Assembly: GCA_963678315.1 (NCBI GenBank)
Contig: OY782781.1
Coordinates: 928,001-992,000 of the forward strand
DNA length: 64,000 nucleotides
Reading direction: 5' to 3'
From: Candidatus Cloacimonadales bacterium
Lineage (GTDB): Bacteria; Cloacimonadota; Cloacimonadia; Cloacimonadales; JAFGVF01
Program-made: the position numbers and the translations under genes
The notes under the pieces: generated by a model
Seen by the model: only the letters and a program-made list of their open reading frames with translations
Told to the model about the DNA's origin: nothing
Database searches by the model: none
Part shown: positions 20,189 through 30,000 of the stretch, one piece after another
Layout: each line of letters starts with the position of its first letter
How positions within the stretch are numbered: the stretch's first letter is position 1

Positions 20189-21517
20189 ATGAATTTAGTA
20201 GGAAATGAAAGCAGTGATAGTATTATTCTTGACCCAAACAAAGTAGTTTTGGTAGGTATCTGTCTTCCTGACGAAAATATTGGTGATAAGGAAAAATCAC
20301 TTGATGAACTAGAGCTTCTTGCCAAGACAGCAGGGCTCAAAAGTGTTGATAAAATGATACAAAAGAGAAGCAGAATAAATGGTGCAACTTATGTTGGAAG
20401 TGGCTTCTTAGAAGAGATTAACTATGTTGCTAAGATAAATGGAGCTAGCCAAGTTATCTTCGATAATGAGCTTTCTCCAACGCAAGGAAAGAATGTCTCT
20501 GACCTGTTAGAAGTTGATGTTATAGATAGAACAGAAGTTATATTAAATATATTCCATCATCATGCTCAAACTAATGAAGCTCGTTTGCAGGTTCAGTTAG
20601 CAGAACTGCAATATCAACTTCCAAGACTTAAGAAACTTTGGTCTCACTTCGAAGGCGAAAGAGTTGCTGCTGGGGGAGCTAAAGGTTCTGGAACTGCTTC
20701 TAGAGGTATGGGTGAAACTCAGCTTGAAGTAGATAAAAGACTCATTAGGGAAGAGATATATAAGGTGCAGAGAAAGTTAAGCAATATTCTCAAACAGAAA
20801 GAGACTCAAAGTAAGCGCAGAGCAGGTATGAAGCGTATCTGTCTTGTCGGCTACACTAATGCCGGCAAGTCAACCCTCTTTAATCAGATTACAGACGCTG
20901 GAGTTTTGGCTGAGGATAAGCTATTTGCTACTCTTGGTAATACTGTCAGAATGGTGAAGCTAAATAGAGGAAGAGAGATGGTAATATCAGATACAGTGGG
21001 ATTTATATCTCAATTACCTCACCATTTAGTTGCATCATTTAGAGCAACTTTGAAAGAGGTTACAGAAGCTGATTTATTGCTTCATGTTATCGATGTTTCA
21101 GATGAAAGGTATGATTTTTATATAGATGAAGTGAATAAGGTTCTTGAATCAATCGGAGCTTCAGATGTTAATGTTCAGCTTGTTTTCAACAAGATAGACA
21201 GGCTTGATAAACAGCAGCTATTATTCTTGGAATCACGATTCCCAGGAGCTGTTTTTATCTCAGCTAAGAAGAATATTAATATTGATCTTTTGAAAGATAA
21301 AGTTGATAGAAGTCTTCATTCTCACGCTACATACAGGTTATTTATTCCTTTTACTGAACAAAAATCTGCTTCTAAATTAGAGAAACTAGGTGAAGTTGTT
21401 AATAAGGATTACCAGAATCAAGGAACAGAGTTTGTGGCAATTCTCAATGATGAGGATGTTAGATTCTTCCAAAGGTTCTTACGATTCACAATTGATGACT
21501 TTTATCCAAATATATAG
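20189..21517 (+). CDS. hflX: Ribosome-splitting GTPase HflX
   Basis: GETQLEVDKR, VGYTNAGKSTL, DKLFATL, DTVGFI, NKID. Confidence 0.97.
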   Translation: MNLVGNESSDSIILDPNKVVLVGICLPDENIGDKEKSLDELELLAKTAGLKSVDKMIQKRSRINGATYVGSGFLEEINYVAKINGASQVIFDNELSPTQGKNVSDLLEVDVIDRTEVILNIFHHHAQTNEARLQVQLAELQYQLPRLKKLWSHFEGERVAAGGAKGSGTASRGMGETQLEVDKRLIREEIYKVQRKLSNILKQKETQSKRRAGMKRICLVGYTNAGKSTLFNQITDAGVLAEDKLFATLGNTVRMVKLNRGREMVISDTVGFISQLPHHLVASFRATLKEVTEADLLLHVIDVSDERYDFYIDEVNKVLESIGASDVNVQLVFNKIDRLDKQQLLFLESRFPGAVFISAKKNINIDLLKDKVDRSLHSHATYRLFIPFTEQKSASKLEKLGEVVNKDYQNQGTEFVAILNDEDVRFFQRFLRFTIDDFYPNI

Positions 21518-21548
21518 TTTTTTATAACGTCGAAATCAATCTACATTT

Positions 21549-21590
21549 AACTTCTTATGACTAATGTTTCTTAGTTATAAGAAGTTTTAT
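21549..21590. terminator. AT-rich hairpin between convergent genes, probable bidirectional terminator
   Basis: AACTTCTTATGACTAA...TTAGTTATAAGAAGTT. Confidence 0.6.
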
Positions 21591-21736
21591 TTATTTATAG
21601 ATAGACTACTAATCATAAAATTCTTAGCTAGGAGATGATTCTGGTGACTTATATTTCCTTGCTCTGTTGTGTCTTGTACTTGTCTTGCTGTCATTCTACT
21701 ATTTTAATCAATTTCAATATCTTTTAGCTTGTTCTC

Positions 21737-22123
21737 CTACAAAGTTATAGGCTTTGACATTCTCTGTTTCATAGTGATAGTCTGCCAGTTAGATATAACT
21801 TGATCAAATGTAATAGTAGATAAATCAATGCCTGAATTTTGTTTTGAGAAGGCAAACATAAGCTTATAGAAAACTATATATAGACTTCGTAACTTTAACT
21901 TCTTATTTATTTTAGTTAAATCATATTTTTGATTTGGAGATAGTAAATTATACAATTTAGCAATGTTTTTGGCATATCCTCCCATCTTTTTGTTTTGCTC
22001 GGATGTTTTAGGCTTAACATACTTCCTAGCCAATAAATAGGGTAAGTTTTTTACTTGATACACCACTAAATCTTTGTCAGAATGATGTTTTGAATAATAC
22101 TTCATGTCTAAATATAGTTTCAT
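21737..22123 (-). CDS. Basic hypothetical protein
   Basis: 128-aa ORF with AGGAG RBS on the minus strand; lysine-rich; ARKYVKPKTSEQN motif; family not confidently recognised. Confidence 0.65.
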   Translation of the reverse strand: MKLYLDMKYYSKHHSDKDLVVYQVKNLPYLLARKYVKPKTSEQNKKMGGYAKNIAKLYNLLSPNQKYDLTKINKKLKLRSLYIVFYKLMFAFSKQNSGIDLSTITFDQVISNWQTITMKQRMSKPITL

Positions 22124-22458
22124 TTTTTACTCCTATTCTCATAAATATTTTAGTTAATAAGACTAGCCTTCATAAATACTATGGGCACACTTTTGTTGAA
22201 AAAGGCACACTTACAGAAAAAAACTCACTGTTTTTTGAATGCAGTATGCTAGATTGCTAAGTTTTGGGAATTGAAAGACAGCAAAAACATGTAATTTTAG
22301 TGAATTTGTAGATATTTAATTCTCTACAAAAAGATTTTTAATATGCTCCTTGGTCACTTGCCACCCGCATTAAAAGGCAATTTAATGCAGGTGGCAAGCA
22401 AGGATAGCTAGAAAAACAATAAAAACAATTGACAAGCTGAATTATTAAATTAAAAATG

Positions 22459-22475
22459 ACTTTGTATTTCAAAGT
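22459..22475. promoter_or_regulatory. Palindromic operator candidate ACTTTG-N5-CAAAGT
   Basis: Perfect 6-bp inverted repeat just downstream of a TTGACA (22429) promoter and upstream of an operon encoding a wHTH regulator. Confidence 0.55.
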
Positions 22476-22500
22476 ACTATTTATTTGATAAGGAGATATT

Positions 22501-23106
22501 ATGAATGATGCAAAAGAAAGTTTAGATTTTATAAAGTCATTGATTAATGATAACAGAAAGATGGCTTTATCAAGTGGTATGCCGTCGATTATCTGGGGAA
22601 TAGTTGTAATAACAGCTTTATTATTAACTTATTACGGTTCTGTTAAGGGGATTGGAAATGGTTGGTATTACATGGGAGTTTGGGGTGGAATCTGTTTTTT
22701 CGGCTGGCTAATAACTATTTTAGTGGAAAGCAAGAGAGAGAAGTTTCAGGTTTCAACATATTCTCAAAGAGTTCTGGGAATGATGTGGTTAGGTCATGGA
22801 ATAGTAATGATGCTTCTTTCTTTCGTAGGTACAGTATCTGGAACTATTCCACCTTGGGCTGTTGCACCAATGATGGGAACAATTCTTGGTTCTGCATATC
22901 TGTTAAATGGCTTCATGAACAAGTATAAATGGTTAATGTGGATTGGAATATTATGGTGGATTACTTCTGGTGTCCTATTTTTTCTTGTTCCAATGCAAGG
23001 AATTGGTGGAGCTAAAACTTTATTGTACTTTTGTGGAATGATGTTTTTCCTTCAGATTGTTCCTGGAATCAAGCTAGAAATGCTGTGGAGAAAGGAGAAT
23101 AAGTAG
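22501..23106 (+). CDS. Hypothetical polytopic membrane protein (about 6 TM)
   Basis: Several hydrophobic segments; N-terminal ESLDFIKSLI; precedes a wHTH gene. Confidence 0.8.
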   Translation: MNDAKESLDFIKSLINDNRKMALSSGMPSIIWGIVVITALLLTYYGSVKGIGNGWYYMGVWGGICFFGWLITILVESKREKFQVSTYSQRVLGMMWLGHGIVMMLLSFVGTVSGTIPPWAVAPMMGTILGSAYLLNGFMNKYKWLMWIGILWWITSGVLFFLVPMQGIGGAKTLLYFCGMMFFLQIVPGIKLEMLWRKENK

Positions 23107-23107
23107 T

Positions 23108-23419
23108 ATGTCTGATAATGTAGAGGCCAGTTTTGATTATAAAGAAATTGATGATATTATCCACGCTAGAATAAGATTGGCGATTATGACAATCCTGATT
23201 ACTAGGGGGAAAAGTGACTTTAAAAAGTTAAAGAGATTAACTAATACCACTGATGGAAATTTATCTACCCATCTCAGGAAGTTAGAGAATGCTGAATATA
23301 TCCTAGTTGAAAAATGCTTTATTGATAGGAAACCAGTAACTTCTTATGAAGTTAGTGAAAAAGGAAAAAAATCATACTTAGAATACTTAAAAAAGTTAGA
23401 AGACTTAGTTAAACTATAA
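23108..23419 (+). CDS. Winged-helix transcriptional regulator (HTH_34-like)
   Basis: IIHARIRLAIM...TDGNLSTHLRKLENAEYI. Confidence 0.9.
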   Translation: MSDNVEASFDYKEIDDIIHARIRLAIMTILITRGKSDFKKLKRLTNTTDGNLSTHLRKLENAEYILVEKCFIDRKPVTSYEVSEKGKKSYLEYLKKLEDLVKL

Positions 23420-23429
23420 GGAGTAAAAG

Positions 23430-24971
23430 ATGAAAAAGATGTTAATGTTGCTAGTGTTCATACTGCTGACTAGCATGGTTCTTGGCGATAATGTTAATGA
23501 TAAAATCAAGCAAGCAAAGCAAATAGAGAATGAAGATATATTTAAAGCTATTGATATGATGGAGGATTTATATGAATCTAATCCTAAGAATATTGCGCTT
23601 TTAAGTTATTATGGTTTAATACTTAGTAAGGGAGCTGGTCAAGCTAATATGATGAAAGCGGCTAGTTTGGCATCTAAAGCAGAAAAAGTTTTAGACCAAG
23701 CTCTAGAAATTGATCCAGAATATGTAGATGCACGTTTAAATAGAGGAATACTCAAGGTTAATATGCCTAAATTCTTAGGCAAACTAGATGCTGGAATTGA
23801 AGACTTGCAAAAGGTTATTTCAACAAAATCTATTCCCAATGAAGTATTTGTAGCAGGGTGTTACTTTTTAGCAATGGGATATGAAAAGAATGATGAAAAT
23901 TCCAAAGCAATTGAGATGTATAAGAATGTTGTTAGATATGGTTCAGAAACACAATTTATTAAAACTGCTAAGAATAAATTAAAAGAATTAGAAGGTCCTG
24001 CAAAAGATGTTAAAAATAACATAGATTTTGAAAAGAAGGGAGATAAGTATTTCTTTGAGAAGGATTATGTTGGAGCTTATAAAGCTTATATTGAGGCAGT
24101 CGCAAATGATACAACTTCTGTGGAACTTTATCTAAAATATCTGAAGGCAATGGAATATATTTCTAGTGGAGGTTACCCTGAAGAAGTAAACAAAGATGTA
24201 GCTTTCATGACAGATCTTGCCTTCAATGTTGCTGATGCACTTAGACATATTGTACGACTTCAACCACAGGTTGAAGAGTACAGGATTATAAAGGCTGAGG
24301 TTCTTGTTCAATTGCCATTCTTTGTTCAATCTGTTGAAGAGGGAGTAAAGGAAGCACTTTGGATAAGCAAAAATAGTAAGGATAGATCTATTGTTACACG
24401 AGCTAACGATGTGATTAAGCATGGAAAAGCTAAAGCAGAAAGAAAAATACTTACTGACAAGTATGTGGCTAGCGAGAGTGAGGAAGAAAAGACTCAAATT
24501 ATAGCTTCGATGCAGACTTCTGAGACTAGTCAAGCACAAGAATTAGGCTATTCTACAAAGATTATCATGTCACTCGGTTTTGGCGATTACATAGCTCCAC
24601 AAAGTGCAGTTTGGATTGAAGATACTAAAGGAAACTATGTAGCAACTGTCTATATATCAGGATTCAGTGCTAAAGCTAAGGATAAGCAAGTTCATCTACC
24701 TAAATGGGCTAAAAGCTCAAAGTTTGAGGACAGTATTGTGCAAGTTACAGGTGCAAGTATAGATAGTGGGGTACATACATTTTATTGGAATAACAAAGAT
24801 TCTAAAGGTAAAGAATTAAGAAGTGGAGACTATTTTGTTTGCACTGAAGTGGCTCATTGGCCTCATGTTGGTTATTCAATGCAGAAAATAAAGCTTAGTT
24901 TAGGTGGTAAAAGCTACTATCAAAAAGTTAAAGGAGATAATATTATAACAGGTCTTACTGTTGCTTATTAA
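23430..24971 (+). CDS. Exported TPR protein with C-terminal DUF2271-like domain
   Basis: Signal peptide; ALEIDPEYVDARLNRG TPR; PQSAVWIED...YVAT, VTGAS, WNNKD...GDY. Confidence 0.65.
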   Translation: MKKMLMLLVFILLTSMVLGDNVNDKIKQAKQIENEDIFKAIDMMEDLYESNPKNIALLSYYGLILSKGAGQANMMKAASLASKAEKVLDQALEIDPEYVDARLNRGILKVNMPKFLGKLDAGIEDLQKVISTKSIPNEVFVAGCYFLAMGYEKNDENSKAIEMYKNVVRYGSETQFIKTAKNKLKELEGPAKDVKNNIDFEKKGDKYFFEKDYVGAYKAYIEAVANDTTSVELYLKYLKAMEYISSGGYPEEVNKDVAFMTDLAFNVADALRHIVRLQPQVEEYRIIKAEVLVQLPFFVQSVEEGVKEALWISKNSKDRSIVTRANDVIKHGKAKAERKILTDKYVASESEEEKTQIIASMQTSETSQAQELGYSTKIIMSLGFGDYIAPQSAVWIEDTKGNYVATVYISGFSAKAKDKQVHLPKWAKSSKFEDSIVQVTGASIDSGVHTFYWNNKDSKGKELRSGDYFVCTEVAHWPHVGYSMQKIKLSLGGKSYYQKVKGDNIITGLTVAY

Positions 24972-25222
24972 TTAAATCCCAATACTGCACTTAGAATTAA
25001 GGATAAGCAAAAGAGTTGCTTTTCTATCACTTACGATGTTTTGTATAGGTCGCTACATTAATACTTCATGCCTTCTTTAACCTTTAAGAATATTGATCTT
25101 TTCTTAAAGCTTGCAGTAAGGAGGAACTTAGAACCACTATTAGTAGGCTTCCATAGATTTTGTTCTAATTATTTAATAAAATGGGCGTATTTCTACGCCC
25201 ACAAAATTAAGCCTTAACTATA

Positions 25223-25702
25223 CTAATCAAAATCCCAATTAATAAAAGGCATTATCGGTAAAACTCCTCCTTCGCTGATAAAGTTCAACAATCCAAGTTG
25301 AACTCCATGAATTGAATCTGAGAAGTTAATAAGTCCAAACTGTAAGCCTTCCATATCATTAGAAATATTAATAGCACTAATTTGTGCTCCAGATAAAGAA
25401 CTGCTTGAATAATTAAATAAATCAGCATACTGAACGCCTTCAAAGTCACCTTCAACAATGTTTCCTAGCCAGCCAATTTGCAATGCTTTTGATGAACCCG
25501 TTCCAAGATGATTAACTATTCCAAAATCAAATCCTGTAAGAGACTTATTTTTACCGTAGATGTTTAATCTTGCTCCTTTAATAGAAACTTCTTCAGAGTG
25601 AATCTGAACAGGATTAAAGAGAGCCAACTGGAATTTAAAAGTTTCAGATGCCAATGAGCTAGCCATGGCAAGAACTAAAATTACTAGTATCTTAAATTTC
25701 AT
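25223..25702 (-). CDS. Exported protein with GxQ-type short repeats (LA_2272/VC2662-like)
   Basis: Signal peptide; repeats GVQYA, GAQIS, GLQFG, GVQLG; ends PFINWDFD. Confidence 0.7.
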   Translation of the reverse strand: MKFKILVILVLAMASSLASETFKFQLALFNPVQIHSEEVSIKGARLNIYGKNKSLTGFDFGIVNHLGTGSSKALQIGWLGNIVEGDFEGVQYADLFNYSSSSLSGAQISAINISNDMEGLQFGLINFSDSIHGVQLGLLNFISEGGVLPIMPFINWDFD

Positions 25703-25822
25703 TATTCCTCCATATTATTTAATTTATCTTTATTTTACTAAATAATAAATAGAATATTGTATAAAGCAAGAAGTAGCTAGCTAAAGTAATCTTATATTAA
25801 GTAATAATTAAGTAGTGGACTG

Positions 25823-26296
25823 CTATTTTATAGGAATATAGATATCAATTTCAGAATTAGACTCATCTTGAGGATTGAATCTATCATCATATAATTCAAA
25901 TTCTTCGTGGTCTTTTCTTACTTCATATTTACTATTAGGTAACCATTCTTTGTAGATATAATCAAAGCTATTGCTAAGTGTCATAACTGACCCTTTATGA
26001 GTGAATACAGCATACTTAGAAGGACTTATAGTAATAGCGTCAAAGCCTTGATTGTCTGCAAATTCTTCTTTAGATGCATAACCGGCCATATAGATGAATG
26101 TTGACGAATCTGAACACCCTTCTGGCATAGAACAGATACCTAGGCAGGCTAAATCTTCATTTTCGTCGAAGTGTTTAGCTTTTTGCATAAATTTACCCCA
26201 CAAAGCAGGGCACTTTTCATTTGTTTCTTCAATGCTCATAGTCTCTTTAAAACCAAGTACATACAAGGTTGGTAGTTCAACAAATTTTGCTTCCAT
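25823..26296 (-). CDS. GyrI-like small-molecule-binding domain protein
   Basis: PALWGKF, YAVFTHKG, YIYKEWLPNS, FELYDDRF, IYIPI. Confidence 0.88.
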   Translation of the reverse strand: MEAKFVELPTLYVLGFKETMSIEETNEKCPALWGKFMQKAKHFDENEDLACLGICSMPEGCSDSSTFIYMAGYASKEEFADNQGFDAITISPSKYAVFTHKGSVMTLSNSFDYIYKEWLPNSKYEVRKDHEEFELYDDRFNPQDESNSEIDIYIPIK

Positions 26297-26434
26297 AATA
26301 TACTCCTCTTTATTAGGTATAAAGCAATAAATATCAGAGATTTTAAAAGTGTCAAGAAAAAATTAAGCAATACTTAAAAAATAGTAGGGTTAGTATGGTT
26401 CTCACATGATTTCTGCTTGCGAAAGTATGTATTG

Positions 26435-26552
26435 GGATTGTAGCCATCCCTGGCTACGAAAAAGCAAACTGGATTGTAGCCATCCCTGGCTACGAAAAAG
26501 CAAACTGGATTGTAGCCATCCCTGGCTACGAAAAAGCAAACTGGATTGTAGC
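26435..26552. repeat. Tandem array of a 36-bp unit, three identical copies plus a partial fourth
   Basis: GGATTGTAGCCATCCCTGGCTACGAAAAAGCAAACT at 26435, 26471, 26507; internal palindrome GTAGCCA-TCCC-TGGCTAC. Confidence 0.95.
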
Positions 26553-26605
26553 AATCAGTCTTCGCCTGAAACGGTCCCTAGCTACTAAGCTATCTTTGGA
26601 TTACA

Positions 26606-27006
26606 AGCATCTTGCTGGCTTCACTTAGAACATAGTGATATTTGAATTTGTAGGGGTGTATGGCATACGCCCATTTTGCGTAAGCATGAACAAGTTCAAC
26701 CTTTGGTGGATGCTTACACTCCAGAGTAAAATTAGTCGGAACGCCAGCATCTTGCTGGCTTCACTTAGAACATAGTGATATTTGAATTTGTAGGGGTGTA
26801 TGGCATACGCCCATTTTGCGTAAGCATGAACAAGTTCAACCTTTGGTGGATGCTTACACTCCAGAGTAAAATTAGTCGGAACGCCAGCAGCTTGCTGGCT
26901 TCACTTAGAAAATAGTGATATTTGAATTTGTAGGGGCGTATGGCATACGCCCATTTTACATAAGCATGAACAAGTTCAACCTTTGGTGGATGCTTATATT
27001 CCAGAG
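26606..27006. repeat. Tandem array of a 140-bp composite REP/BIME-like unit, about three copies
   Basis: CTTGCTGGCT at 26611, 26751, 26891; each unit has three different hairpins. Confidence 0.93.
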
Positions 27007-27097
27007 CTTTATCCTTAATTTTATAAAAGAATTTGACAGGCCTTTAGAGATAAATAAAATCACATTAGAAAAAATTAAATTAGAATAAGGATCGATA

Positions 27098-30000
27098 ATG
27101 TCTTTTGTACATCTTCACAATCATACACAGTATAGTCTTTTAGATGGCGCTTGCCGAATAGATAGAATGATAGCTAAGGCTAAAGAATTGAACATGAATG
27201 CAGTAGCGATGACTGATCATGGAAATATGTTTGGAACAATTGAGTTTTACAACAAGGCAAAGGATGCAGGGATAAAGCCATTAGTTGGCACCGAAGCCTA
27301 TGTAATCAATGGGACTTACGATGACCCAAACAATAAATCACAAAGAAGATATCACTTAGTATTACTAGCAAAGAACCTAAATGGTTACAAGAACTTAATG
27401 AAGCTATCATCGAGGTCATTCACTGAGGGATATTACTACAAGCCAAGAATGATTAAAGACGACTTAAGGAAATATAGCAGTGATTTAATTGCTTTGTCGG
27501 CATGTATTCAAGGTGAGATTCCCAGAAAACTATTAGATGATGACAAGCAAGGTGCTATTGATGCCCTCAATGAATATAAAGAGATTTTTGGAGATGATTT
27601 CTATATAGAATTACAAGACCATGGCTTATCTTTAGAACATGAGGTAATGCCTCAACTTATCCAACTTGCCAAAGAAACTAATACCCCAATGGTAGTAACA
27701 AATGACTGCCATTATCTTAACAAAGAAGATGCTGTCGCTCATGATGTTTTGCTATGCATTCAAACAGGTAAGAAATACGATGATACAGAAAGAATGCGTT
27801 ATGAAACAAGTGATTTATATTTCAAGAGTGAAGAAGAGATGCGTAAGCTCTTTCCAGACGTCCCTGAAGCTTATGAAAATACACAGAAGATTGCAGATGA
27901 AATTGATTTAGAACTTGATTATAATAACTTCCTTTTCCCAAAGGTTGATGTGCCTGAGAAATATAAGGATATGGAAGATTATCTTCGAGGTCTTTGTGAG
28001 GACGGTGCTAAACGTAAATATGGTGAGATTACCGCTGAGGTCAAAGATAGGATGGATTTTGAGCTAGGAGTTATTCATAAAATGGGTTATGATGGATATT
28101 TCCTAATAGTGAAAGACTTTATGGATGCAGCAAGAGAAATGGATATTCCTGTTGGACCTGGTCGTGGTTCAGCTGCTGGATCTATTGTTGCTTACACGCT
28201 TGATATTACCCAGTTAGACCCACTCAAATATGGACTACTGTTTGAAAGATTCTTGGATTTAAAACGTGTAGGAATGCCTGATATTGATATTGACTTCTGT
28301 GGTAAAGGTAGAAGTAAGGTTATTGACTATGTGGTTGAAAAGTATGGTAGAGAAAGTGTAACACAGATTATCACTTATGGTAAGTTAGGAGCTAAGTCAA
28401 TCATAAAAGATGTAGCTAGGGTTATGGACGTCTCTCCTCAAGATGCTAATAAAATGACTAAGTTAATTCCATCTTCTCCTAAGATGAATTTGGAGAAAGC
28501 TCAAAAAGAATCTGATGATTTTAGAATGTTGATGCAGTCAAACGATACATACAAGAAGATTCTAGAAATATCAACAGTTCTAGAAGGACTTATAAGACAG
28601 ACAGGTATTCACGCTGCTGGTGTGGTTATTGGTCCTGGAGATCTAAGTGATTATGTTCCTTTGGCTACTACTCCCCAGAAGAATGGAGAAAATGCTGTAT
28701 TAGTTCAATATGAGGGTAAATGGTTAGATGATTTGAAGCTTCTTAAGATGGACTTCTTGGGATTAAAAACACTTACTATAATAAAACAAGCTATAGATTA
28801 TATTAAGCAGTCACACGGGGTTGATGTAGATATAGAAAATGTAGATTTAACAGACAAGAAGACTTTTGAGCTTCTTTCTGAAGGGCTGACAGATGGTGTC
28901 TTCCAGTTTGAATCTGCTGGTATGAAGAAGTATCTTTCTAAGTTAAAACCTAACCAATTTGAAGATTTAATTGCTATGGTAGCACTCTATAGACCAGGTC
29001 CAATGCAATTTATTGATACTTATATCAATAGAAAGCATGGACGAGAAGAGATTGTCTATGATCATGAACTTACCAAAAGTTCTTTAGCTGAGACTTATGG
29101 TGTTACTGTTTATCAAGAACAGGTCATGCAGATATCCAAGGTAATGGGTAAGTTTTCTAGTGCTGATGCTGGTGTTTTGAGAAAGGCAATCAGTAAGAAA
29201 AAGCTAGATATGATGGAAAAGATGTTTGTTAAGTTTGAGCAAGGTTCTATGGAGAATGGAGTTCCTAAAGATACAGTTAAGAAGATATGGGATAACTGGC
29301 TTGAGTTCGCGAACTATGCTTTTAACAAGAGTCATGCTGCTTGTTATGCATTTATATCATTCCAAACAGCCTATTTAAAAGCTCACTACCCTGTTGAATT
29401 TATGGCTTCAATTCTGTCAGTTGAAGAAGATCCAGCTAAGATACCCTATTTTATTGAAGAGTGTAAGGCCATGAATATTGAGGTTCTTCCTCCAGATATT
29501 AACCATTCGGAAAAAGAATTTACTGTTCATGATTGCAAGATTCAGTTTGGCATGCGAGGAATCAAGAATGTAGGCGATGCAGCTATTGATGAGATTCTCA
29601 CAGAAAGAAGTAAGGGTGGACATTATAATTCTATCTTTGATTTAAGCAAAAGATTGAATAGTACAGCTGTAAATAAGACAACCTTGGAAAGTCTTATTAT
29701 GTCAGGAACTCTTGACCATCTAGAAGGAAACAGGGCACAGAAGTGGGAAGCTATACCGGATGCCATTAACCTGTCTTCTAGTCAAAGAGATAGCAATCAA
29801 ATGACTTTATTTGATTTAATGGGCGATGAAGAGGATGAAGCTGAATATTACCCTGATTTAAAGGATGTAGAAGACTGGAGTGATAGCCTTAAGCTAGAAA
29901 ATGAGAAGGCTGTGCTAGGTTTTTATGTTTCAGGTCATCCTTTAATGGAGTATCGTTCTATAATAGAGGGAATTTCAACTGTTGATTCTCAGTTCCCAAG

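Noticed and set aside
26406..26588. 60-aa ORF with repeated DCSHPWLRKSKL
   Set aside because: By-product of the 36-bp DNA tandem repeat; no RBS
26435..27006. CRISPR array
   Set aside because: Units are contiguous or have identical intervening sequence; no unique spacers and no cas genes in the window
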